From: an uncultured bacterium
GTDB taxonomy: Bacteria; Patescibacteriota; Minisyncoccia; Phycocordibacterales; UBA11359
DNA length: 64,000 bases
Assembly (NCBI GenBank): GCA_903831815.1
Contig: CAIKZC010000010.1
Span: 162,474-226,473 of the forward strand
Reading direction: 5' to 3'
Positions 17,589 to 27,232 of the stretch are shown piece after piece (position 1 is the stretch's first letter; each line of letters starts with the position of its first letter). The translations under genes and the position numbers were made by a program. The notes under the pieces are model-generated. The model saw only the letters and a list, made by a program, of their open reading frames with translations. It was not told the origin of the DNA and searched no databases.

Positions 17589-20120
17589 ATGAAAACAAAG
17601 TACAACGTATCGATTTACACAAAATTAACAATGGTTCTGGTTCTTGGTTTATTTTATATTAGTCCGACCTTGGTATTTGGAGCCACAAGTACGCCTGAAA
17701 CCAATCTGGTGCCAAATCCACAAATGTTGAACGCGACTGTTTCGAGCACAACGCCCGACAGTTGGTCACAGGGTCATTATGGAACATCGACCGCTACGTA
17801 TAATTATCCGGTACCCGGACCAAATCCGGGTGACAAAGCGGTGGAAGTTATTCTTTCAAATTATGAAAGTGGTGCCGCGGAATGGTTTTTCCAAAGTGTG
17901 CCAGTGACCGGAGGGTCTCTATATGCCTTTACGGATTCTTACAAATCCGATATTGAAAACTATGTCATAGCGCAGTGGACGATGAGCGATGGGTCGTTGG
18001 CGTATGATGCCATCACGACACTTTCACCAACGAACGGCATTTGGGCTAATACTCCGCAAGAATTGTTTCAAGCTCCCGACAATGCGGTTTCGTTGACGAT
18101 TCTTCACCTTATTCAAAATACCAACGGCACTTTGGATACGACTAATTATTCATTGACTGCATTTACACCAACAGGTCAAGGATCTTTTGCCAAAGCTATG
18201 GTTTCCCTAACATTCGACAACGGCTGGTCATCTCAGTTTAATAACGGCAGACCGATCTTGAACGCTGCACACATGCCGGTAACTTATTACATCATTACTA
18301 ACTCAACCTTGGATGCAACAGCCGGAGTATCGAATAATTTCTTTGACAGCAGTGGAATTTCTACGACTACCACAATCTCTTCTTCAACAGTCAATTGGGG
18401 TGACATTACCAATATAAATAATTTTGGGGCAGTATATACCGATCCGACTTATCAATCGTATATTTTCACCGATACCTACACTTCCTCTACAACGAGTAAT
18501 TTGTTTGTTAAATATTGTTCTGTCACTTTTACCGGAGATTGTCCTGCCGCAAGTGTGACTTCCATGGGTGTCGGAGCACTTCCTGCAGGTAATAACGCGA
18601 CGGCCAATATTTCATTTACATTGCCGACTGTATCGGGCAATACCGTCTCGCCGATAAGTATTTCCCAAGTTTCGGATCAGGGAGAATTGATTACAGCTTC
18701 AAATCCATTTCTGACGGAATCGCAAAGTTTTATGACTGAATCACAACTTCGAACTCTGCAATCGGAAGGAAACCAAATGGATTCACATACCAAAACTCAT
18801 CCGGACTTAAACTTAACAACTCTTGATGTTGCTACTTCAAATGACGAAATCGCTGGCTCGCGCTCGGCACTATTGTCTTTCGGATTGTCGCCGGTTGATG
18901 GATTTGCATATCCATTCGGAAGTTACAATACGACGGTAAAGCAAATGGTTAGCAGTGCGGGGTATACAAATGCCAGAACGGTGGATGTTGGTTTTAATAC
19001 GACTGCCAGCGATCCGTTGATGTTAAAAAGCGAAAGCGTAACGGCATTGACGACATTTGCCACGATCAAATCTTGGATTGATACGGCTATCGCAAATAAA
19101 TTATGGCTAGTCATAACTTTCCACGATGTTGATCCGCAAAATATCATCGATCAAAATAACGAAACGTATGGTGTAACGCCGACTATGCTTCAAAATATCG
19201 TTACATATCTTCAAACTCAAAGCGGTTCGATCGATGTGTTGACTATGGATCAAGCTCTATCGAGGTTGACCGGTACACAACCACCTCCTCTAGTAATACC
19301 GGCAGTAACCATCACTCCTCCAACACTTCCTAATGGAGTCGTCGGAACCCCTTATACTCAAACTTTGACTCCCTCAACGACAGCTACTGGACCATTCACT
19401 TGGACTGTCACATCAGGAGCATTACCGACAAATCTTATTCTCGGTTCAACTTCCGGAATTATCTCCGGGACACCGACAACAACCGGAACTTCGACCTTTA
19501 GTGTTAAAGTTACGAATGGTTCTGCTTCTACGACTCAATCGTTTAGCATAGGTATTAATGCAAGTTCAACTCCACTACCGCCTCCTGTCATTTCTACGAT
19601 TACAATTACTCCAACATCACTTCCTAATGGCAAAGTCGGTTCTGTATACAGTCAATTGTTGACTGCCTCGACTACCGCAACAGGACCATTCACTTGGTCG
19701 CTCTCAGCGGGAGCATTGCCACTAAATCTTTCACTTGGAACAAGCACAGGACTTATTTCCGGAACTTCAACGACAGCGGGAACATCCACATTTAGTGTTA
19801 TGGTCACAAATGGTACAGCGTCTACGACTCAAGCGTTTAGCATAGGCATTAATGCCAGTTCAACATCGTCTACGCCACCACCACCTGTCAAACCACATTC
19901 AGGAGGTACTGGTGGCGGGGGCAGGGTAGGAGGATTTGCGTTCTTGATCAATAGAATTAAGGGAGATCTGAACAATGACGGTAAAATTGATCTATTCGAC
20001 TTTAATCTGCTCATTACAAATTGGGGAAAAATAAACACAAGTATCACGGAAGCTCTAAGTGGAAGTAATGATGCCGTTGGTCTAAAGGACTTCAATACAT
20101 TAATGGTTAACTGGATCTAA
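17589..20120 (+). CDS. Secreted CE4 polysaccharide deacetylase with CBM-like domains, two putative Ig domains and a C-terminal dockerin
   Basis: TFDNG, SHTKTHP, AYPFG, ITFHDV; two LPNG..GALP..GIISGT He_PIG-like repeats; GDLNNDGKIDLFDFNLLITNW..VGLKDFNTLMVNW. Confidence 0.85.
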   Translation: MKTKYNVSIYTKLTMVLVLGLFYISPTLVFGATSTPETNLVPNPQMLNATVSSTTPDSWSQGHYGTSTATYNYPVPGPNPGDKAVEVILSNYESGAAEWFFQSVPVTGGSLYAFTDSYKSDIENYVIAQWTMSDGSLAYDAITTLSPTNGIWANTPQELFQAPDNAVSLTILHLIQNTNGTLDTTNYSLTAFTPTGQGSFAKAMVSLTFDNGWSSQFNNGRPILNAAHMPVTYYIITNSTLDATAGVSNNFFDSSGISTTTTISSSTVNWGDITNINNFGAVYTDPTYQSYIFTDTYTSSTTSNLFVKYCSVTFTGDCPAASVTSMGVGALPAGNNATANISFTLPTVSGNTVSPISISQVSDQGELITASNPFLTESQSFMTESQLRTLQSEGNQMDSHTKTHPDLNLTTLDVATSNDEIAGSRSALLSFGLSPVDGFAYPFGSYNTTVKQMVSSAGYTNARTVDVGFNTTASDPLMLKSESVTALTTFATIKSWIDTAIANKLWLVITFHDVDPQNIIDQNNETYGVTPTMLQNIVTYLQTQSGSIDVLTMDQALSRLTGTQPPPLVIPAVTITPPTLPNGVVGTPYTQTLTPSTTATGPFTWTVTSGALPTNLILGSTSGIISGTPTTTGTSTFSVKVTNGSASTTQSFSIGINASSTPLPPPVISTITITPTSLPNGKVGSVYSQLLTASTTATGPFTWSLSAGALPLNLSLGTSTGLISGTSTTAGTSTFSVMVTNGTASTTQAFSIGINASSTSSTPPPPVKPHSGGTGGGGRVGGFAFLINRIKGDLNNDGKIDLFDFNLLITNWGKINTSITEALSGSNDAVGLKDFNTLMVNWI

Positions 20121-20126
20121 AAAATT

Positions 20127-20831
20127 ATGAAAAAAATATTATTTTACATGTCGTTGTTTGCGCTCCTTATCCTTCCGGTCGTCTCAAAGGCGGCAACCGT
20201 GTCGGTATCGACATCTGGAAACTATGTAGTTGGTCATACGTATAGCATAAATGTTCTAGTCGATCCGCAACAATCGACCGTATACAGCGCCAAAGTGGTT
20301 GTAAATTTTCCGGCTGATATATTGCGGGTTAGGGGATTCTCTTTTGAAAGCGGTTGGATGCCGTTAAGTCAGACCGGTTACGATTCCATCGATAATACCA
20401 ACGGTATTTTGATCAAAACCGGTGGCCTTCCGGCCGGATTGAGTTCGTCCAAAGTGTTAGGTACTATCACTTTCTATGCAGTTAAGTCCGGGACAGGGAA
20501 TATTTCGGTTGGCAGTGAATCACAATTATTGGATGCAAATAATCTAAATAATTTCACTGCTTCAACGAATATTCCTGTGAATGTTAAAAATGCAGCGGTC
20601 GTTGTGGCGAAAAAAACGGTTGCAGTAACTCAAGCCGTGCTTGCTAATTCAACTACAGTTGCAACTTCTTCAACCATATCAACAACCTCAGCAGTTGAAA
20701 CGCCGACTATAAATTCGATTCAAAACACTGCCGCGGCCGGCAATGCCGGATCAAATTATACTTGGCCGATTGTGATCGGAGTAATCATAGTGCTAATAAT
20801 TATCGGTTTCTTTGTTGGAAGGAAACGATAA
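20127..20831 (+). CDS. Cohesin-like domain protein with S/T linker and C-terminal TM anchor
   Basis: Signal peptide; VGHTYSINVLVDP..YSAKVVVNFPADILRV..LGTITFYAVKSGTGNI; WPIVIGVIIVLIIIGFFVGRKR. Confidence 0.75.
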   Translation: MKKILFYMSLFALLILPVVSKAATVSVSTSGNYVVGHTYSINVLVDPQQSTVYSAKVVVNFPADILRVRGFSFESGWMPLSQTGYDSIDNTNGILIKTGGLPAGLSSSKVLGTITFYAVKSGTGNISVGSESQLLDANNLNNFTASTNIPVNVKNAAVVVAKKTVAVTQAVLANSTTVATSSTISTTSAVETPTINSIQNTAAAGNAGSNYTWPIVIGVIIVLIIIGFFVGRKR

Positions 20832-20853
20832 TAGATAAGAAATTATTATCGAT

Positions 20854-20885
20854 AAAAAATACCGACACGTTGTCGGTATTTTTTT
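20854..20885. terminator. Bidirectional terminator closing the glycan locus
   Basis: AAAAAATACCGACA-cgt-TGTCGGTATTTTTT. Confidence 0.8.
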
Positions 20886-20916
20886 AATTTATGTTACAAT
20901 ATATTCAACTATTTAT

Positions 20917-21834
20917 ATGAAACTTAATCCCGTCACAGAGTCGTTACCGCTCAAAGATATTACGATCGATATTAACAATGTTCATATTCTTGGAAACGGA
21001 GCATGGGGGACAGCCTTAAGTAGTTTGGTTTCTCACACGTTACCACATCCCAAAACTTTTGTTCTGGTTGCACCAACCAATGTCCTGCGTGATCTTCTGC
21101 TTAAAATTAAAGATCAAGTCGATAGCGAGACCTTGATTATTAATGCTAGTAAAGGTATTGAATCATTTACCAATAAATTACCGAGTGAAATTGTTGAGGA
21201 AGTTTTAGGTAAAGAGACCAATTATTTTTCGCTTATTGGACCAAGTTTCGCGCAAGAAGTTGTGGAGAAAAATCCTACAATCGTAAATTTGGGGTATTGT
21301 CACGAAAAATATTTAGCGGAAGCTAGAGCGATTTTTGAAACGCCGTATTTTGAAGTTGTGCCGACCAAATGCCTGAAGGCTATTGAAATGATGAGCGCTT
21401 TTAAAAACATTTACGCCATCGGTTGCGGCATGTCCGAAGGATTGGGATACGGCGTCAACACCAGAACTAAATTGATTATTTTGGCTTATCAGGAATTAAA
21501 AAGACTTTTGGTGTCTTTAAAATATGAATATGATCAAACGGCGCAAATAGCCTTTTTGGGCGATTTGGTTTTGACTTGTAGCAGTACGGAAAGTCGCAAT
21601 TTTACATTTGGAAAATTGTTGATTAACAGTTTCGTGGAAAAAAGTTTGGGGGAAGTGGGGCATACGACGGAAGGACTATTTTCCATCGCATCGATCGGTT
21701 TTTTTGAGCAGAAAGCCGGCGTTCAATTGTCTTTGGCCAAGACAATTTACGATATCATTAATGCCAACGTTGAAGGCAACAATCAGAATCTCACCAAAAA
21801 ACTTTTCACCGATTTCATTTTGAATTTGAAATAA
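20917..21834 (+). CDS. gpsA: NAD(P)H-dependent glycerol-3-phosphate dehydrogenase (shortened Rossmann domain)
   Basis: GNGAWGTAL, ASKGIE, GPSFAQEV, KNIYAIGCG, GDLVLTCSS..SRN, EG motifs. Confidence 0.9.
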   Translation: MKLNPVTESLPLKDITIDINNVHILGNGAWGTALSSLVSHTLPHPKTFVLVAPTNVLRDLLLKIKDQVDSETLIINASKGIESFTNKLPSEIVEEVLGKETNYFSLIGPSFAQEVVEKNPTIVNLGYCHEKYLAEARAIFETPYFEVVPTKCLKAIEMMSAFKNIYAIGCGMSEGLGYGVNTRTKLIILAYQELKRLLVSLKYEYDQTAQIAFLGDLVLTCSSTESRNFTFGKLLINSFVEKSLGEVGHTTEGLFSIASIGFFEQKAGVQLSLAKTIYDIINANVEGNNQNLTKKLFTDFILNLK

Positions 21835-21927
21835 AAGTGACTATTTAGGCAACCTTGACTTTCCGTGTCGTTATAATACGATGTAGCAGGACCGTTCTAT
21901 GGTTTTTACAGAAAGGATGAGTGTTCT

Positions 21928-22218
21928 ATGGATAGAAAATCACAGGATAAGATGCCATCATCCAGGATCAATCAGGAAGGGCAACTTGTCATGTCTTCTC
22001 ACCAAGATATGATCAAGAGAATTCTAGAGGCTGCGCGAATTCCATTTCAGACCACCCTGGAAGTCACTTCTTCTAAAGAGGTTATTGTGGTGGACGAAGC
22101 CAACGTTAGATCGGCTCTAAAGGCTATGTTTAACAATGGTAGCGACAGCCTGATCAATTATCTTGATTACGATCTGACCCTGCTCGTTCAAGGTAAATTG
22201 TGTCGGCAACTTGTGTGA
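21928..22218 (+). CDS. Hypothetical orphan protein
   Basis: 96-aa ORF; TTGACT promoter at 21855, AAAGGA SD, terminator at about 22271-22303. Confidence 0.6.
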   Translation: MDRKSQDKMPSSRINQEGQLVMSSHQDMIKRILEAARIPFQTTLEVTSSKEVIVVDEANVRSALKAMFNNGSDSLINYLDYDLTLLVQGKLCRQLV

Positions 22219-22329
22219 GCTTTTGGTTCTTCGGCTCACATAATAGTATTTTGGGAGAACCAAGAATCGAAAGCTTCACCTATCCTGGGTGCGGCTTTTT
22301 TTTGGTAATTAAATTATAAAATTTAAAAT

Positions 22330-22361
22330 AAAAAGCCGCCGGCCCTGAAAGGGACGGCGGC
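22330..22361 (-). terminator. Terminator of the minus-strand orphan
   Basis: Reverse complement GCCGCCGTCCC-tttca-GGGCCGGCGGC-TTTT. Confidence 0.7.
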
Positions 22362-22390
22362 GTCTACGCTTACTTTGAGTCACAACAGTG

Positions 22391-23395
22391 TTACTTCACA
22401 ATAATCGCGGAAATCCTCTGAAGCAGTTTCTCCGAATTAGTATTGTAAGTTTTTGAACACTGTACACCCCAGGGGTGCGGCTCGAACTGTTCGACGTCCC
22501 CAAACATCATGGACAGTCTCAAGGAAGGACGACACAGGGTGGCTGGAACCTTCTTGAATCTTCTTCCAACCGGCTGACGTCTTCCAACCAAAACCAACTT
22601 TTCCGCCCCTTTCAAGACGAGGAGTTGGCTGTGTCGTGTGCCCACCCATTGATCCTTTTCAGGATTTAGACGTTCATACATCACTTCAGCCTGAGCGGTC
22701 TTGTCTGCATGGTAGGTAATGATCCCGCCTTTGTTTTGGTAAGCGATACCGCTAGCAAAAGGCATCCATTTGTCACGGTAATCCCACTGCACAGGACTGC
22801 TCCATTTCACGTCCATGTTGACCAGGAATTTGTTTTTCTTTCGATAGCAAACTCCTTCATCAATCGCGAATATTTCATCACCACACGATTCCCATTCGCC
22901 GCGTTCCGGCTCAGCTATCGTCTCAATTAGCGCGATACCTTTCTTGTCGCAAGACAACAAATGAATCCCGTCAGACGCTTCAAACAGGATTTTCCCACTA
23001 GGATGTGGAAGGCTTTTGAAAATCTTGCATGGATGTTGATAGAACAGAACACACGAATTGTCCTTACCAAGATCATAGAAGCAATCATTGAGGTGACCAA
23101 TGAGTTTCCCGTCCAACGGAAGGATTGTACCGTCAAATCGAATGGGACTGTCGGTTACCCCTTTGAACACCTCAATCTCTCGTCCTACTTCACGATCATC
23201 AGTGCTCCATATAAACCAAGAGTTGTCTATATGTATGTGCAAACCGGTTAGCAGAGATTGAGTGGTTTTTTCCACTTTCGGTCCGCAATAAAGCTCTGCA
23301 ACAGCCAGATTCGCCCCCATTTTGAAAGCCTTGGCTGTAGGAACTACTCGCTCCCCGTTTTCATCAGAAATTCTCGTTTGTTGAGTTACGGACAT
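22391..23395 (-). CDS. Hypothetical orphan protein, beta-rich (possible propeller)
   Basis: 334-aa ORF with perfect AAGGAGGT SD 5 nt before ATG; repeated short beta-hairpin-like segments (PHPSG, PFASG, PHPWG). Confidence 0.75.
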   Translation of the reverse strand: MSVTQQTRISDENGERVVPTAKAFKMGANLAVAELYCGPKVEKTTQSLLTGLHIHIDNSWFIWSTDDREVGREIEVFKGVTDSPIRFDGTILPLDGKLIGHLNDCFYDLGKDNSCVLFYQHPCKIFKSLPHPSGKILFEASDGIHLLSCDKKGIALIETIAEPERGEWESCGDEIFAIDEGVCYRKKNKFLVNMDVKWSSPVQWDYRDKWMPFASGIAYQNKGGIITYHADKTAQAEVMYERLNPEKDQWVGTRHSQLLVLKGAEKLVLVGRRQPVGRRFKKVPATLCRPSLRLSMMFGDVEQFEPHPWGVQCSKTYNTNSEKLLQRISAIIVK

Positions 23396-23588
23396 TGACC
23401 ACCTCCTTGGGTGTTTGTACGTGTTGTTGAATTGAAAAAATGACTACACAAAAGTGACAGAGAACTAAGGCAATAGAACGATTTCCGTATCGATATTAGC
23501 ATGAGTATGCATTATTTACTAGCTGCGATTTTCAAGGTATAATTATGCAATATTTCAAAAATAATTTTGTCTTAAAATAGTGTGCTCT

Positions 23589-24017
23589 ATGGAAAATACA
23601 TCAAAAAATAAAAAAGTCGTGATGGTGAGTGGCGGATTTGATCCGATTCATGTTGGTCACTTGCGCATGTTTGAAGCGGCCAAGAAACTGGGCGACGAAC
23701 TTCTGGTTGTTTTAAATTGCGATCGTTGGCTCGTCAAGAAAAAAGGCAAAAATTTTATGCATTCAGCCGATCGTGCGGAAATTATCAAAGGATTTAGATG
23801 TGTCGATAGGGTCTATGTTCTGGAAACGGAACGAATGGATGTCGGCGAGGCGATAGAACTTTTTAAACCGGCGATTTTTGCCAACGGCGGCGATCGTTTA
23901 CTTGATAATATTCCCGAAGTACAGATTTGTAAAAAACTTGGAATTGAAATGGTCTTTAACGTTGGTGGAGACAAAGTTCGCAGTTCTTCGGAACTTTTGA
24001 AAAAATATCACAGCTAG
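23589..24017 (+). CDS. Cytidylyltransferase-family nucleotidyltransferase (TagD/RibL/RfaE-like)
   Basis: SGGFDPIHVGH (HxGH), NGGDR, KVRSSS. Confidence 0.9.
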   Translation: MENTSKNKKVVMVSGGFDPIHVGHLRMFEAAKKLGDELLVVLNCDRWLVKKKGKNFMHSADRAEIIKGFRCVDRVYVLETERMDVGEAIELFKPAIFANGGDRLLDNIPEVQICKKLGIEMVFNVGGDKVRSSSELLKKYHS

Positions 24018-24062
24018 GTAAAGCTAAAAAAGAAATTTTTTTTCGTTTAATTTTTTTATTTT

Positions 24063-24329
24063 GTGTCATATTACGTATACATACTTGAATGTGCAGATAA
24101 AACTTTTTACATCGGTTCGACTAACAATTTGGAAAAAAGATTGGTGGTTCATAATTTTTCAAAAGCCGGCGCAAAATATACCAAGGCTCGCCGACCTGTC
24201 GTATTGAAATATTCTGAAAATTTAAAAACCAAAAGTCGAGCGCTTAAAAGAGAATATACACTTAAACAACTGACTAGAACAGAGAAAATGGCCCTAATGA
24301 AGGGCGCTATTTTAAGGGGTAAAAAATGA
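24063..24329 (+). CDS. GIY-YIG nuclease, UPF0213/YhbQ family
   Basis: YVYILECADKTFYIGSTNNLEKRL..HN..GAKYT..ALKRE. Confidence 0.9.
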   Translation: MSYYVYILECADKTFYIGSTNNLEKRLVVHNFSKAGAKYTKARRPVVLKYSENLKTKSRALKREYTLKQLTRTEKMALMKGAILRGKK

Positions 24330-24343
24330 TATAATGTCATTAT

Positions 24344-25720
24344 ATGAACGAAGGTCCGACTATTTTCGTAATATTCGGTGTTACCGGTGATTTAAGTCAG
24401 CGTAAGTTACTGCCGGCTCTTTTTAGTCTATTTGCTCATAATTTATTGCCCAAAAAGTTTTCGATTGTTGGATTTTCCAGAAGGGAATGGAAACACGGCG
24501 ATCTCCACTTTTTTATTGAAAATGTTTTGAAAGAAAGAAAAATAAATTTTGATGGTTGGAACTTAGTGGAAAATGACTCGACAAAATTAATAAAAGATTT
24601 TTTGTCACACGTTGAATATGCCAAGGGTATTTTTGATGATCCCACCGCTTATGTTAATTTAAAACAACAACTTGACAAAATTGAACAGAAATTTGGACAA
24701 TGTAGCAACAAATTATTGTATTTTGCCGTTTCGCCGGTTTTTTATGAAATAATATTTGAAAATCTGTCGAAGTCTGGTTTGAATATTCCTTGTGGTGGAG
24801 AACTTGGTTGGACGCGTGTGCTGGTCGAAAAACCTTTTGGTAAAGATACTGAAACGGCGCAAAAATTGGAGGATCAGTTGTCGCGAATTTTTAAAGAGCC
24901 TCAAATCTTTCGCATCGATCATTATTTGGCCAAAGAAACGGTTCAGAATATTTTGGCTTTTCGTTTTGCTAACTCGATGTTTGAGCCGATTTGGAATGCC
25001 GGAGCCATAGAAAAAGTTCATATTCAAGTTCTGGAAAAAAATGGTGTTGGAGATCGCGGCGATTTTTATGACGGCGTCGGTGCACTCCGCGATGTCGGCC
25101 AAAATCATATTTTGCAGATGCTTGCGATCATCGCCATGGATAAACCTTTAACGATGCAGGGTGATGATGTCCGAAAAATGCGTGCAAATATTTTAAGGAA
25201 ATTAGTTTTCACGAAAAACGATCAGGTTTTTCGCGGACAATACAAAGGTTTTTTAAGTGAAAAAGGCGTGTCTCCGGATTCGCAAACCGAAACGTATTTT
25301 AAATTACCTGCATATGTCGGTACAAAACGTTGGAAAAATATTCCATTTATATTGGAAAGCGGTAAAGGTATGAAAGAATCCAAAGCTGAAATATCCGTTT
25401 ATTTTAAGCGACTCGATTGTGCCGCGCAAAACGTCGTTCGATTCAGAATTCAACCGAATGAAGGAATAGAGATTGATCTATGGGTCAAAAAACCCGGATT
25501 TGAGAATGAATTTCAGCAAAAAGTTTTGTCATTTTCCTATGAAGCTTCAAAATTTGAAAATGAAGTTCCGGATGCATACGAGCGCGTGCTTTTTGATTGT
25601 GTGCGCGGCGATCAAACTTTGTTTGCCTCAACCGACGAAGTAAGGTATTCTTGGAAATTCATTACGCCAATATTGCGTGAATGGCAAAAGTTACCGCTGA
25701 CTCAATATGAAAATAAATAA
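24344..25720 (+). CDS. zwf: Glucose-6-phosphate 1-dehydrogenase
   Basis: FGVTGDLSQRKL, EKPFG, RIDHYLAKE, RDVGQNH, DAYERVL. Confidence 0.97.
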   Translation: MNEGPTIFVIFGVTGDLSQRKLLPALFSLFAHNLLPKKFSIVGFSRREWKHGDLHFFIENVLKERKINFDGWNLVENDSTKLIKDFLSHVEYAKGIFDDPTAYVNLKQQLDKIEQKFGQCSNKLLYFAVSPVFYEIIFENLSKSGLNIPCGGELGWTRVLVEKPFGKDTETAQKLEDQLSRIFKEPQIFRIDHYLAKETVQNILAFRFANSMFEPIWNAGAIEKVHIQVLEKNGVGDRGDFYDGVGALRDVGQNHILQMLAIIAMDKPLTMQGDDVRKMRANILRKLVFTKNDQVFRGQYKGFLSEKGVSPDSQTETYFKLPAYVGTKRWKNIPFILESGKGMKESKAEISVYFKRLDCAAQNVVRFRIQPNEGIEIDLWVKKPGFENEFQQKVLSFSYEASKFENEVPDAYERVLFDCVRGDQTLFASTDEVRYSWKFITPILREWQKLPLTQYENK

Positions 25721-26456
25721 AATTTCAAAAGAGCGATTGATGTTTGAAACCGCAAAAGCGATTTCGGCGATCTTGGAAAAAGAACAAGATAAGGACATTT
25801 TGTTGCTGTTGGCTGGCGGTTCAGCTTTTTCCGTTTATGATGCGATTTTGCCACAATGGATTTCTAGTCACGTGACTATTGCGATGACTGATGATCGTTT
25901 TAGTCGAGATATGGATGTTAATAATTCACATATTTTGCAGGCGACGGATTTTTATAACGAGTGTATTAACGCCGATGCCTATTATATCTCGACGGAAGTT
26001 TGGAATGAAGAAAAACCGGAGGAATTAGCGAAACGCTTTGAATACGGTTTGAGACAATGGCGTGAGGAATTTCCAAAAGGTGTGGTTATCGCCATATTTG
26101 GTATTGGGGAGGACGGCCATACATGCGGAATGATTCCGTGTGCGGGAAAATCTGCTGAAGATGCCAAATTTATTGGAAAAAGTGACGACAAAGAAAAAAC
26201 TTTTTCCGAACTATTTGAAAATGAAGGGAAATGGGTAGTGGGTTACACGACACCAAACAACGAGTATGCCGAACGTATCACTATCACTATGCCCTTTATT
26301 CGAAACAATGTAGATTATGCCGTGGCTTTTATTTCCGGTGAGAAAAAACACGAGGTCTTTGATCGGCTGATCGCCGATAAGGGAAGTCTTGATTTGACAC
26401 CGGCGCGAATTTTGAGAGAATTAAAAAACGTCGAAATTTTTACGGATATAATTTAA
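25707..26456 (+). CDS. pgl: 6-phosphogluconolactonase-like protein
   Basis: LLAGGS, TDDR, FGIGEDGHT, RITITMP, SGEKK; overlaps the zwf stop. Confidence 0.8.
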   Translation: MKINKISKERLMFETAKAISAILEKEQDKDILLLLAGGSAFSVYDAILPQWISSHVTIAMTDDRFSRDMDVNNSHILQATDFYNECINADAYYISTEVWNEEKPEELAKRFEYGLRQWREEFPKGVVIAIFGIGEDGHTCGMIPCAGKSAEDAKFIGKSDDKEKTFSELFENEGKWVVGYTTPNNEYAERITITMPFIRNNVDYAVAFISGEKKHEVFDRLIADKGSLDLTPARILRELKNVEIFTDII

Positions 26457-26484
26457 AAAATAATTAAAAATTAAATTCAAATTT

Positions 26485-26709
26485 ATGGGACTTAAAGACA
26501 TGCTGATGAAAAAAATGTTGCAAAGCAAAATGAAAGATGTGCCGAAAGAACAGCAAGATAAGATTTTTTCAATGATTGAGAAAAACCCGGATTTTTTTCA
26601 GAAAGTTGCCGTAGAAGTTCAAGAAAAAATCAAACAAGGCAAGGATCAAATGTCTGCAACTATGGAGGTAATGTCCCAGTATCAAGACGAGCTGAAAGGG
26701 ATGTTGTAA
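26485..26709 (+). CDS. Small helical hypothetical protein (Parcubacteria-type)
   Basis: 74-aa Met/Lys/Gln-rich ORF, VPKEQQD..IEKNPDFF. Confidence 0.7.
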   Translation: MGLKDMLMKKMLQSKMKDVPKEQQDKIFSMIEKNPDFFQKVAVEVQEKIKQGKDQMSATMEVMSQYQDELKGML

Positions 26710-26836
26710 ATGTGAAATTGAATATTAAATTACAACACTTTTTAGTATTGCAAAAAGAGAAATTTGTGCTATTATATGGACATAAAGGTGCTTGAAAGCA
26801 CTTTTTTGTTCTTTTATGACAAGGAGGTTGGGTTTC

Positions 26837-27088
26837 GTGATTTCGGAAGAATGGTCAAATGCCAAAACGTTCTCTCTTGTTACAGCTCAGTTTGTGCTGT
26901 ATTACAATGTGTTGTGGACTAGTGTGAGTAAGGAAGAGAAGGATTTGTACAGGGCGCTCATTGAACGACTCAAATGGCGTGCATCTCATGATGAAGCTCA
27001 AATCATGGATTTGTACGCTGATTTCTGCGATAAGTTTTGCATGAAATTCCCGCACATGCCCCCAATGATCGGTGAAATTGCAGCTTAA
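26837..27088 (+). CDS. Hypothetical orphan protein
   Basis: AAGGAGG 26821-26827 precedes an in-frame GTG at 26837; promoter TTGCAA 26748 / TG-c-TATTAT 26770; hairpin and T-run at about 27101-27145. Confidence 0.55.
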   Translation: MISEEWSNAKTFSLVTAQFVLYYNVLWTSVSKEEKDLYRALIERLKWRASHDEAQIMDLYADFCDKFCMKFPHMPPMIGEIAA

Positions 27089-27232
27089 TAAGTTTGCGAT
27101 AAGCCAACTCGACGTCGATTGCTTTTCAGCTTTCGGCGTTTTTTTATTTAACGAGCATGGTCTTTCAGGTGTGGATAACTTTGAATATTTTTTATATACA
27201 GTGAATGTTAATTTTGATAAAATGTAGGCAAT

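Noticed and set aside
12985-20831. A true degradative cellulosome
   Set aside because: Cohesins are single-domain, the GH26-like proteins have no dockerin and appear inactive, and the locus contains a synthase.
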